A stretch of DNA of 64,000 nucleotides from Oceanispirochaeta sp. (GTDB lineage Bacteria; Spirochaetota; Spirochaetia; DSM-2461): NCBI GenBank assembly GCA_963663385.2, contig CAXXXD010000002.1, positions 1,024,001-1,088,000 of the forward strand. Direction: 5' to 3'. The translations under genes and the position numbers were made by a program. The notes beneath the pieces were generated by a model. That model did no database searches, had not been told where the DNA came from, and saw nothing but the letters and a program-made list of their open reading frames with translations. Positions 9,720 to 18,785 of this stretch are shown piece after piece. Positions within the stretch are counted from its first letter, which is position 1. Each line of letters begins with the position of its first letter.

Positions 9720-10707
9720 AGGAGCCTCCTTTGTCGATTTCTTTCATAAGAGAGGCCCTCCGCCCCTTCAGCCTGTTGTAGTGGAAGTTGGATACCGATT
9801 CATAAAGGACAACCACTGCCAGAATAAGCCCGTTGATAAATATCTGGACTTCAAATCCCCAGCCGAAGCAGCCTATCCCGTTATTAATGATAACCAGAAG
9901 CAGAACCCCCAGGTAACTTTTAAAAATACTGCCCCGGCCTCCGCTCATAAGGCTGCCGCCGATTATTACCGCAGAAATTACCTGCATAAGGGTTTTACTC
10001 CCGAGAATGGCATAGGATGTCATAGAGGAGATACTCATGGCAAAAACGGCTCCGCCCATGGCAGCCAGTCCGTCACAGATCATAAAACCTGCAATGATGA
10101 ACCGGTCTTTGGGGAGACCGGCCAGCCAGGCTGTTTCAGGACTTCCTCCAATCATAAAAAAGGATCGGCCTGTTCTTGTCTGGGTCAGAAAAAACGAAAA
10201 TATCAGTACCAGCAGCATTGTGATGACTGTCATTGGTGTAAGGATGAAGAGGAAGGAACGGTCCAGCCAGTCGGCCAGGGTGAAGTCATCCACATAAAGG
10301 GAACCTCCCCGGCTGTAGAGATGCATTATCCCAAAGGTAATAATCTGTGTTCCCAGGGTTACAATAAAGGAACTCAATTCCGCCTTTACAACCAGAATAC
10401 CGTTGATAAAACCAATAACTATTCCCGACAGGACGGCTATGGCAAAACTGGCTGTCCAGCCCAGCTGGGGTTGGAAGCCTATACAGAGCATACCCGAAAG
10501 CATGAGAACAGCACCGATGGAGAGGTCCAGCTGTCCCAGTATGATTATGATCGTGAATCCGATCGCGGCTATCCCCGACAGACTGGAACCTTTGAGAATA
10601 GACCGGATGTTATAGACAGAAAAGAAATTCGGGGCAAACAGAGAGAACAGCACAAAGAGGAGGAGGAGAAGAATTGCTACCTTATGTTTGCGTATTGTGC
10701 TATGCAT
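9712..10707 (-). CDS. Sugar ABC transporter permease
   Basis: GQLDLSIGA, IIGGSLMSGGRGS. Confidence 0.9.
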   Translation of the reverse strand: MHSTIRKHKVAILLLLLFVLFSLFAPNFFSVYNIRSILKGSSLSGIAAIGFTIIIILGQLDLSIGAVLMLSGMLCIGFQPQLGWTASFAIAVLSGIVIGFINGILVVKAELSSFIVTLGTQIITFGIMHLYSRGGSLYVDDFTLADWLDRSFLFILTPMTVITMLLVLIFSFFLTQTRTGRSFFMIGGSPETAWLAGLPKDRFIIAGFMICDGLAAMGGAVFAMSISSMTSYAILGSKTLMQVISAVIIGGSLMSGGRGSIFKSYLGVLLLVIINNGIGCFGWGFEVQIFINGLILAVVVLYESVSNFHYNRLKGRRASLMKEIDKGGSYE

Positions 10708-11725
10708 CCAGTTCTTCCTTCAGTTTGTTCCGTCTCTGATGCATGGCAATAACAGAGATAAAGATAATCCCGGTAATGATATTCTGCTGAAAATAGTTAA
10801 TGCCCATAAGGGTCAGAATATTGCTTAAAAGCCCTATCACCAGAACGCCGCCCATAACGCCCCGGATTGTTCCAATACCCCCTGACTGCATCATCCCTCC
10901 CAGGACGACCGCAGTGACTGCTTTAAAATCATACCCCTGGCCCAGGTAGAAAACTCCCATTTTGTTCATACTGGTAATAAATATCCCGGCAATGGAACTG
11001 AAGAGCGAGGTAAGGAGGAAGGCATACAGAGTATATCTGGCTGTATTGATTCCGGTAAATTCCGATACATTATGGGATGAACCCAGCAGTCTGAATTTCT
11101 GTCCCAGTCCGGTTTTTGTCAAAATCAGATGGCTTGCCAGAAAAAGGAGCAGCATTATAATCACAGAGAGGGGAACACTGCCCAGGGAAAAACGGAATAT
11201 ACCGACAAACTGCTCGGCTGTTCCCGTATCCAGTCCCTTCTGCTGCAGGATCTGATCCGGATAGAGCTGTGAACTGCTCCATACAAAGCGCATAAATCCT
11301 TCCATAAAGTAGACAACAGCCAATGTCCAGAGGATAGGATTTGCTCTGAGACGACCGATTACGATCCCGTTCATGGCCCCTACAGCCATCCCGGCCATTA
11401 TCCCCAGTACCATGGCTGGTATAAAACCCAGAGGAAGGGAGGCCACCGCAATAATACCGGAAAATGCCATATAGGTGGGAACGGACAGGTCGCACATATA
11501 CCCTGTGTAAACAACAAAAGACATCCCTGCCGAAGCTATCCCCAGAAGAGAGACGGCCCGCAGGATGTTCATCAGGTTTCCCGTGGAGAGAAAGTGGGGG
11601 GAGACAGACATTCCCAGGAGAAAGAGCAGGGCCGCTGCCATATATATGCCGGATTTCCTTATCACGCCCCTATACTCCCTCGCCGTTAGCAGCCAGAAGG
11701 ACTGCTTCTTCTGATAGATGGTCAC
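10700..11725 (-). CDS. Sugar ABC transporter permease
   Basis: CDLSVP; GQGYDFKAVTAVVLGG shared with 2354-3442. Confidence 0.9.
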   Translation of the reverse strand: MTIYQKKQSFWLLTAREYRGVIRKSGIYMAAALLFLLGMSVSPHFLSTGNLMNILRAVSLLGIASAGMSFVVYTGYMCDLSVPTYMAFSGIIAVASLPLGFIPAMVLGIMAGMAVGAMNGIVIGRLRANPILWTLAVVYFMEGFMRFVWSSSQLYPDQILQQKGLDTGTAEQFVGIFRFSLGSVPLSVIIMLLLFLASHLILTKTGLGQKFRLLGSSHNVSEFTGINTARYTLYAFLLTSLFSSIAGIFITSMNKMGVFYLGQGYDFKAVTAVVLGGMMQSGGIGTIRGVMGGVLVIGLLSNILTLMGINYFQQNIITGIIFISVIAMHQRRNKLKEELDA

Positions 11726-13160
11726 CCTGTATCTCTTCTATAAAATAACCGCTCCGCATAACCAGCACCCTGTCGGAAAGGGAGACAAGTTCAGTCAGAT
11801 CACTGCTTATAAGCAGTATTGTTTTTCCCTTGTCGGCCAGCTCCTGTATGGCCTTATGGATTCCCGTACGGGCTCCGATGTCCACTCCTTTTGTCGGTTC
11901 ATCAAGAATAAAGATCTCCGGAGAGGCTGCCAGCCATTTTGCCAGAAATACTTTCTGCTGATTCCCTCCGGATAGGGTGGATATATCAGATTCCTCCCGG
12001 GGAGGAGAAATATTCAGTTTTTTCATCAGTTCCTTCAACTTTCCCTGATTGTGGTTTTTATTGTAAATCCCCCCGCGGCAGCTTTCATCGATTACGGCGG
12101 AAAGGATATTCTGTCCCACCTCAATCCCGGGAAAAAGACCATCGTTCTTCCTGTCCTCGGAGAGATAGATCATACCGTTTTTTATACATTTCCGGTAGGA
12201 GCCTCTTTTGATCTTTTTCTGATGAATAAGTATCCGCCCGCTGTCGGAAGGATCTATCCCGCTCAGGCTCCGGCCCAGTTCTGACCGTCCGGCCCCGGAC
12301 AGGCCGGCTATCCCCAGGATTTCGCCCTTGTAGGCTCTGAAACTGATATCATGGAAAAAACCGTTGCGGCAGAGGTCGTTTACCCGGAGAGCTTCTTCCT
12401 CTTCTCCCCGAAAGGTATACTCTTTTTGAAACTCTTCAAGGTTCTTTCCAATCATCATATTGGCCAGGGTGGAAGATGTCACCTCATGAACGGCTGTTGT
12501 AATGACTTTTCTGCCGTCCCTCAGAATGGTGATCCTGTCGGCAATACGGAAGATTTCGGGAAGCCTGTGGGATATGTAGACTATGGCTAGACCTTTTTTC
12601 TTCAGGGCATCCACAGCGGTAAAAAGTGTTCGGATCTCTTCGCGTGAGAGAGAAGAGGTCGGTTCATCCATTACCAGTATGGAAGGATTTGTTCCCAGAA
12701 CCTTGGCTATCTCTACCAGCTGGGCTTCATGCTGGGATAGCTCACTTACCGGCGTCATGGGATCCAGATCCAGTCCAACCTGTTCCAGTATCATTATGGA
12801 TTCCTCCACCATGGCCTTCCGGTCGATTCTCAGGTTCCTCTTGCGCGGGAGCCGGCCGACAAGAATATTTTCGGCAATGCTGATAGGCTTGGCCAGGCTC
12901 AGTTCCTGATAGATCATTCCTATGCCGTGTTTAATGGCAACCCCTGGAGAGTTCAGACGGATCTTCTTTCCGTTGATCCGCACCTGTCCTGTATAGTCAT
13001 TATAGGAGCCTGCCAGGATTTTCATCAGAGTGGATTTTCCCGCTCCGTTTTCTCCCAGAAGAGCATGAACCTCTCCCGCTTCAACCTCAAAATCCACCTT
13101 ATCGACGGCGAGGGTTCCGGGGAAGGATTTACTGACTGACTGCATCTCCAGGGCTAACAA
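11670..13160 (-). CDS. Sugar ABC transporter ATP-binding protein
   Basis: GENGAGKST, LSGGNQQK, LDEPTKGVDIGA; TTG start. Confidence 0.95.
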   Translation of the reverse strand: MLALEMQSVSKSFPGTLAVDKVDFEVEAGEVHALLGENGAGKSTLMKILAGSYNDYTGQVRINGKKIRLNSPGVAIKHGIGMIYQELSLAKPISIAENILVGRLPRKRNLRIDRKAMVEESIMILEQVGLDLDPMTPVSELSQHEAQLVEIAKVLGTNPSILVMDEPTSSLSREEIRTLFTAVDALKKKGLAIVYISHRLPEIFRIADRITILRDGRKVITTAVHEVTSSTLANMMIGKNLEEFQKEYTFRGEEEEALRVNDLCRNGFFHDISFRAYKGEILGIAGLSGAGRSELGRSLSGIDPSDSGRILIHQKKIKRGSYRKCIKNGMIYLSEDRKNDGLFPGIEVGQNILSAVIDESCRGGIYNKNHNQGKLKELMKKLNISPPREESDISTLSGGNQQKVFLAKWLAASPEIFILDEPTKGVDIGARTGIHKAIQELADKGKTILLISSDLTELVSLSDRVLVMRSGYFIEEIQGDHLSEEAVLLAANGEGV

Positions 13161-13199
13161 AAAGAGCTCCGTTTAATATAATCTGAATAATTCCTGTGC

Positions 13200-13229
13200 G
13201 AATTATCACTTATACTGATAATTCTAGCA
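13200..13229 (-). promoter_or_regulatory. Extended -10 promoter overlapped by a perfect 9-bp inverted repeat (putative operator)
   Basis: GAATTATCA-N7-TGATAATTC at 13200-13224; minus strand TGC-TAGAAT at 13221-13229. Confidence 0.55.
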
Positions 13230-13296
13230 CTGCCTCTGTTTGAACTGCTATTGTATAAATTCCGGATTATTATGGAAATTTTGGGATTTTGAACCA

Positions 13297-15012
13297 TCAT
13301 TCTCCGCTTCCTCCTGTGTTTTCGATATTCTCCCTGTATTCGGAAGGGTTCATGCCGGTTTGTTTTTTAAATATTCTGTAAAAGTAGCTGGCATCGGTAT
13401 ATCCTGTTTCACGGGCTACTTCATACTCTTTCAAATGCCTGTTCTGCAACAGCTTTTTTGCCTGATCTATACGGATATCATTCAGATAGGCGGAAAAACT
13501 CTGACCAGTCTCTTTTTTAAATATCTGCCCCAGGTAGGCGGCGGATAGATCGTATTTATAGGAAAGGGTTTTCAGGGAGAGTGCTTCCTGTGAGTGGGTA
13601 TTTATATATTCCACAATCCGCTTGATGGGGGTCCGCCCCGGCATTTCCGCCGAAAGATCCGTACAAAAGTCAATAGAGACTTTTTCCAGCCATTTCAGAG
13701 TTTTGCTGAAGGATTTCTGGTGAAAAAGGTAGTTCGCCAGCATGGAGGGATTTGTGCTGATGGAATCTATCCCCCGATTGATCCCTTTTTCGGCAGCCGA
13801 ACTGATAAGCCTGGAAATAATCTCTACCGAAACGCCCCGGCAGTACTCTATGCTTACCAGACTGCATTCGGTAATCTGGTTATAGAGCTCCCTGAAATAG
13901 GCGGAAATCCCGTTCCTGTCTCCCAGCTTAAGGGCGTTTGTGTATCTGGTATAATCCAGAACGGGAACATCATTTTTTTTATTTAAAAAAACATCCACAT
14001 CCTGCTTTGTTATAATATGGACGGGCATATATTTAACGGGAGGTATATCGAAACCGTTAAACCAGTCTACTGCGGTCTGCATGGCAAGTATCCCGTCAAT
14101 GATTCCGGCCTGATAGGTCGTTGCCTGAAGGGTGCCTCTCCGGATATCTTCCAGAGCCTGGGGCGGGCTCCAGTGGGACACATTGATGATATTCTCTCTC
14201 TTCAACTCAATCAGGGCTTTCTTCACACCCTTCTGTACGGTGAGGCTGTCCGACGAAACAATCCCTTTTAACTTGTCTCCATATGTTTTAATCCACCTGC
14301 ATACCTGGTCATAGCTTCCCTTTTCTCCTACACCTGTACTTTTATACTCCAGGCAGGTCATGGCGGGAGCGATTTTTTTCAATTCAGTAATGATTCCCCA
14401 GGTCCGGGCCAGGTCGCAGGAGGTGTCTTCATAGTGGCGAATCAGGGTATAGGAACCCTGATAATCCATCATCCGGGCAAATTCAGCCGCCAGCGCCCGG
14501 GACATCCTCCAGTCATCAGGACCTGTCCAGCTTAATATATAGGGGAGTTCTCCATAATCGGGCACCATATTGCTGGATAAAACGGGAATCCCCCTGTCAT
14601 ATATTTTTTTATAGATTCCTCTGGAACTGCTGATGCTTGTGGGCATATGAATGATCATGTCCGGATTCTTGGCCAGGGCCATTTCGGTAAAATGTATCTG
14701 GGCGTTACTGTCCCAATCCGTATCATAAACTTCCAGCTGAATGTCATGATGATCGGCAATCCTCTGCAGCCCTTTCCGGAAGGCCAGCTGATAGGGGTGG
14801 GAAACCGGCATGTTGCAGATGACTTTCTTACCCTCCGGTCCGTCTGCCGGACTTTCCGGCATGGGCGCTTTCGGAATGCGCCAGGGGGCATATTCAGAAT
14901 CGTACCAGTGCCGGCTGTCCTCTTTGGGATAGATGGAAGGATCATCCGGCCGGGGAGGAATCGAGTAGGATTCATAATCATGTATCAGTATAAGCGGCCT
15001 CTGGTTTTCCAG
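13297..15012 (-). CDS. Fusion regulator: sugar-binding-protein domain + C-terminal AraC HTH
   Basis: N-terminal ~350 aa resembles the SBP at 8520 but has no signal peptide. C-terminus: AYLGQIFKKETG...GYTDASYFYRIFKKQTGMNPSEYR. Start is CTG 15012 (AAAGGAG upstream) or GTG 15078. Confidence 0.85.
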   Translation of the reverse strand: MENQRPLILIHDYESYSIPPRPDDPSIYPKEDSRHWYDSEYAPWRIPKAPMPESPADGPEGKKVICNMPVSHPYQLAFRKGLQRIADHHDIQLEVYDTDWDSNAQIHFTEMALAKNPDMIIHMPTSISSSRGIYKKIYDRGIPVLSSNMVPDYGELPYILSWTGPDDWRMSRALAAEFARMMDYQGSYTLIRHYEDTSCDLARTWGIITELKKIAPAMTCLEYKSTGVGEKGSYDQVCRWIKTYGDKLKGIVSSDSLTVQKGVKKALIELKRENIINVSHWSPPQALEDIRRGTLQATTYQAGIIDGILAMQTAVDWFNGFDIPPVKYMPVHIITKQDVDVFLNKKNDVPVLDYTRYTNALKLGDRNGISAYFRELYNQITECSLVSIEYCRGVSVEIISRLISSAAEKGINRGIDSISTNPSMLANYLFHQKSFSKTLKWLEKVSIDFCTDLSAEMPGRTPIKRIVEYINTHSQEALSLKTLSYKYDLSAAYLGQIFKKETGQSFSAYLNDIRIDQAKKLLQNRHLKEYEVARETGYTDASYFYRIFKKQTGMNPSEYRENIENTGGSGE

Positions 15013-15144
15013 TTGATCCTCTCCTTTAAAGAATGGGGATATCCTACCATAAGCTGGAGAAAATTGAAAATATATCACAAAGGCATCTTTTCAGACTGAT
15101 TCAGGACGCTGGACATTTGTAAATAATGAAATTATGTTGTCTAT

Positions 15145-15741
15145 ATGGATCGAATTCTTCCAGCTTGTTCTGAATATAAAACACAATTAAGCAGAATATT
15201 CCTATTTGTTTTTTTTCTGTTAACAATACTGGGAAGCTTTCCTTCTGATGCTGAGGAAATAAACAGTTACTGGTCTCTGGGACAGTTCGGTTTATCAACT
15301 GATTTTGAAAAATCGTATCTTTTATTGAAGGGACCGGGACTTTCGCTCTCAATGCCCGATCATGCCCTTTTAAGCATTAATACATTTAACGGGTTTCTGG
15401 ATCTGGATGAAGAAGACCATCGCTATGAAATTCTTCATTCCGTTTTTATGTATAATTTATTTAATCCCCTGAGTTACAGTTCTCTGGGGCCGTTCTTTTC
15501 CGCAGGGATCCGGCTCAATTCCGGAGCGGCATGCTGCGATGCCAAATGCGGTTTAAAATTCAATCTGTCCCATACGTTTGATAATTATAATAAGAGGATT
15601 CCAAAAGTATTTACCATTCTGGAAATTGAATCGGGAGTTTCAATCTCAGACAGGCATTTTTATGCTTCGGTCATAACCGACCTATCGATAATCTATTATG
15701 CTTTTAAGGAGTATTCCATTAATTACTTAATGGATAGATGA
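15145..15741 (+). CDS. Hypothetical exported or outer-membrane protein
   Basis: 198-aa ORF with a hydrophobic signal-like segment; AT-rich; no recognised family. Confidence 0.55.
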   Translation: MDRILPACSEYKTQLSRIFLFVFFLLTILGSFPSDAEEINSYWSLGQFGLSTDFEKSYLLLKGPGLSLSMPDHALLSINTFNGFLDLDEEDHRYEILHSVFMYNLFNPLSYSSLGPFFSAGIRLNSGAACCDAKCGLKFNLSHTFDNYNKRIPKVFTILEIESGVSISDRHFYASVITDLSIIYYAFKEYSINYLMDR

Positions 15742-15782
15742 AATATACTTTGTTAAACTCAGTTGATTGAGCCGGTAAAAAT

Positions 15783-16013
15783 GCGTACGATCTCGTTTTC
15801 AGGTAATATTATCTAATGTTGTTATAACTTTATCCATTCCTTCCGGTTCAAACCCTCTCCCCCGTCCCCTCTTCCCAATGGGAGAGGGTCGTTGCTTTGG
15901 GATACGTTCTTTCTTATTCATAACCAATTCAATATTAAAAAAGAGGTATTTCGCTTCAATAACTCTGGATTAAACTGTGAAGAATAATAAAACCCGAAAA
16001 CGAGATCGCACCC
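15783..16013. mobile_element. MITE-like non-autonomous element, 231 bp
   Basis: TIRs GCGTACGATCTCGTTTTCAGGT (15783-15804) and ACCCGAAAACGAGATCGCACCC (16013 end), 19/22 matching. Flanks GGTAAAAAT / GATAAAAAT (9-bp TSD, 1 mismatch). No ORF; contains a BoxC-like half at 15851-15890. Confidence 0.7.
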
Positions 16014-16029
16014 GATAAAAATCCTTTCC

Positions 16030-16059
16030 TTGACCATCGTGAATCAAGTGAACTAGAAT
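16030..16059 (+). promoter_or_regulatory. sigma70 promoter of the proS-like gene, probably giving a leaderless mRNA
   Basis: TTGACC-18-TAGAAT, then 6 nt to ATG 16066; no SD. Confidence 0.6.
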
Positions 16060-16065
16060 TATGCC

Positions 16066-17808
16066 ATGAAATACTCCCGTTTAATCGGTAAAACCATACG
16101 CCGCAAGGGCGGATCGTCCATGCTCAGAGGGAACTCCCTGCTGTTTCAGGGGGGATTCGTCCGGATGCTCGGTCAGGGGCTTGTTTCGTTTCTTCCCATG
16201 GGGATGAAAGTTATCAATAACCTTAAATCCCTGATAGCCGAAGAGATGCATCTCCTGGGGGGGGAAGAATTTCAGGTTCCCCTTGTTAACCCCCTCTCTC
16301 TCTGGGAGAAGAGCGGGAGAAGCGAACTCCCCGACAGCAATCTTGTTGTATTTTCAGACAGTCAGGGGCGTAAACTGGTCCTCTCACCCACTCATGAAGA
16401 GGCAGCGGTGGAGCTGGCCAAATCGGTTGTGAATTCCTACAGGGACTTCCCTCTTTTCATCTATCAGTTTCAAACCAAATTCCGGGATGAACCGCGGACA
16501 AGGGCGGAACTGATACGGTCCAAGGAATTTGTCATGAAGGATGCCTATTCCTTTCACCGTTCCTATTCGGAACTGAATAATTTCTTCCCCCGGGTGTTCA
16601 ACTCCTACCTCAGGATCTTTGAGAAGTGCGGAATCTCTGTTATTCCCGCTGAATCGGGAGTCGGTATGATGGGGGGATCCAGAGCCTATGAATTCCTCTA
16701 TCCCCACGAACAGGGCCGTGATGTGGTCATGGTTTGCCCCCATTGCGGGTACCGGGCAAACAGATCTGTCGCTGTGGGTGTAAAAACCTCGATCAGGGAG
16801 ATCCTGTCTGGACTTGAAATGCCGGCCGTTAAAGAGAAGAGTATTGAAAAACAGGCGGAAGAGCTGGGGATCCCTCTCTCCAAAATTGTCAAGCCCAGGG
16901 TATATAACACGGAGAAGGGGCCTGTCATGGCTGTCGTCCGGGGGGATTATGACGTCAGCCTGGATAAGCTGACCGCCTTTCTGGGGATGAGCGTCAGTAA
17001 GCCGGCAGACCATAATATACTGCGTCAATACAATCTGATTCCCGGATTTATGTCTCCTGTTCAGGCACCGGATGAGGTGATGGTCGTTGTGGATGATATT
17101 GTGGTCAATACACCCAACCTGGCCATGGGAACCAATGAAGAGGGATACTATTACAAGAATGCCAACTTCGGACGGGATTTTGATATTCCCGAAACGGGAG
17201 ATATCGCCCAGCTGAACGAAGGGGATAACTGTATAGGCTGCGGTACAGCTCTTGAATCAATCAATGCCTTTGAACTGGGAAATATCTTCAAGCTGGATGA
17301 TTTTTACACCAGGCGGATGAGTTTTACTTTCAATGATTATAAGGGGAAACAGCATTACCCCTACATGGGGGCTTTCGGGCTCGGTCTTGGAAGGCTTCTC
17401 AGCTGCATCGCCGAGGAAAACAGGGATGAAAGAGGTCTTGTCTGGCCCCTCGCTCTGGCGCCCTATACGTTCTACCTGATGGGGATAGGAAAATCTTCCC
17501 GTATCAATTCCGTTGTGGAAGAGATAGCGGAAGAGCTGGGCGAGGATGATGTTCTGGTGGATGACCGCCGGGAGTCCATAGGTGTGAAATTCCGGGATGC
17601 CGACCTGTTGGGGATCCCTCTCCGAATTGTAGTATCCCGCCATTTCCTGGAGAGGGGGGAAGTGGATTTAAGGGACCGGCGGAGCGGCCGGAAATGGTAT
17701 GTAAAAAGGGAAAATCTGAAACAGGAAATTAAAAAATGGAAAAGAGACATTTTACAGAATAGTCTCGACAGCCCAAGGAGAGATGAATGCCGAGACATTT
17801 TAAAATGA
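16066..17808 (+). CDS. proS: Proline--tRNA ligase, bacterial type with INS editing domain; divergent
   Basis: SPTHEE, QTKFRDE, MKDAYSFH, INS domain (VRGDYDV, PGFMSP), anticodon domain DDRRESIGVKFRDADLLGIP. Confidence 0.85.
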   Translation: MKYSRLIGKTIRRKGGSSMLRGNSLLFQGGFVRMLGQGLVSFLPMGMKVINNLKSLIAEEMHLLGGEEFQVPLVNPLSLWEKSGRSELPDSNLVVFSDSQGRKLVLSPTHEEAAVELAKSVVNSYRDFPLFIYQFQTKFRDEPRTRAELIRSKEFVMKDAYSFHRSYSELNNFFPRVFNSYLRIFEKCGISVIPAESGVGMMGGSRAYEFLYPHEQGRDVVMVCPHCGYRANRSVAVGVKTSIREILSGLEMPAVKEKSIEKQAEELGIPLSKIVKPRVYNTEKGPVMAVVRGDYDVSLDKLTAFLGMSVSKPADHNILRQYNLIPGFMSPVQAPDEVMVVVDDIVVNTPNLAMGTNEEGYYYKNANFGRDFDIPETGDIAQLNEGDNCIGCGTALESINAFELGNIFKLDDFYTRRMSFTFNDYKGKQHYPYMGAFGLGLGRLLSCIAEENRDERGLVWPLALAPYTFYLMGIGKSSRINSVVEEIAEELGEDDVLVDDRRESIGVKFRDADLLGIPLRIVVSRHFLERGEVDLRDRRSGRKWYVKRENLKQEIKKWKRDILQNSLDSPRRDECRDILK

Positions 17809-18737
17809 CACCGGAAATAATGGATCAGGTCATATTCGGTATGGAAAACCAGAACGAAGATATGGTTCTGGATTGTGAAAATGCCCTGGTTATGCCCCGG
17901 ACCGCCATAAAGGCTGATGCGGAAGGGGATGACCCGGAGGAGGAGCGATACTTTGATCTTCCCTGCTGGACTCCTTCCGATGGATTCCGGGTTATGGAGG
18001 GTTTTGCGGGGGCGTTGAAAAATCCGATTTACAGGGAGCGGCTGAGGGATATCCTGAATTCCGGCCGCGGGGTATTCCGCGGGTTTAAAAATGTTCTGAA
18101 AGAGCGTCCCGATCTGGAAAAAAAATGGTTCCTCTACAAGGAACGTTTTATGAAACAGAGGGTTAAAGAGTGGTATACGGATCTTTGCGGTTACTGGGAA
18201 GCCCGTGATGCAGGGGAAGAACCGGCAGAGACGGATGATCTCTTTCAGGAGGAATTCAGTATACAAACGGCAGAGGACAGCGATCCGGATTTTCTGCAGG
18301 GACGACAGGCCTTTATTGAAGAGATCTACAGGGAATCTCCCCCCAATCTTCGTAAAATACTGGAACGTCAGAGTAACTGGCGCGGCAGACCGGCGGATCT
18401 GGTTCTGAAATCCCTTACTCCCGAGGGGAGTTTCTGCGGAGTGCTGAGCGCTTTTATCGATGAATGTGACGACTTTGAGGGGGAACAGGTTTTTCTTTTC
18501 CTGGATGCCCTTTATGTGTTACCGGAATTCCGGGGGGCCGGAATTGCTTCAGGGCTGATGGATAAGGCAGCAGAACTCTGTCATGAGAAAGGGATCAGCC
18601 GTATGGTATCATTTATGCCTCCCGAGGGAGATGTCATGGTGGAAAATCTGAAACGTAAAGGGTTTATAACGTTCCGCAGTACTATGACGCTGGATATCCA
18701 GGCCTGGTACTACGAAACGTACTCTTCGGGGAAATAA
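17787..18737 (+). CDS. UPF0158-family N-terminal domain fused to a GNAT acetyltransferase
   Basis: LPCWTPSDGFRVMEGF...GRGVFRGFKNVL (UPF0158-like); LYVLPEFRGAGIASGLM (acetyl-CoA motif A). Confidence 0.75.
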   Translation: MPRHFKMTPEIMDQVIFGMENQNEDMVLDCENALVMPRTAIKADAEGDDPEEERYFDLPCWTPSDGFRVMEGFAGALKNPIYRERLRDILNSGRGVFRGFKNVLKERPDLEKKWFLYKERFMKQRVKEWYTDLCGYWEARDAGEEPAETDDLFQEEFSIQTAEDSDPDFLQGRQAFIEEIYRESPPNLRKILERQSNWRGRPADLVLKSLTPEGSFCGVLSAFIDECDDFEGEQVFLFLDALYVLPEFRGAGIASGLMDKAAELCHEKGISRMVSFMPPEGDVMVENLKRKGFITFRSTMTLDIQAWYYETYSSGK

Positions 18738-18767
18738 AATCCTCAACCCCCGGGTAGAGGATTATTT
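18738..18767. terminator. Bidirectional terminator between convergent genes
   Basis: AATCCTCAACCC-CC-GGGTAGAGGATT hairpin with A/T-rich flanks. Confidence 0.55.
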
Positions 18768-18785
18768 AAAAAGATCACTGTAAAT

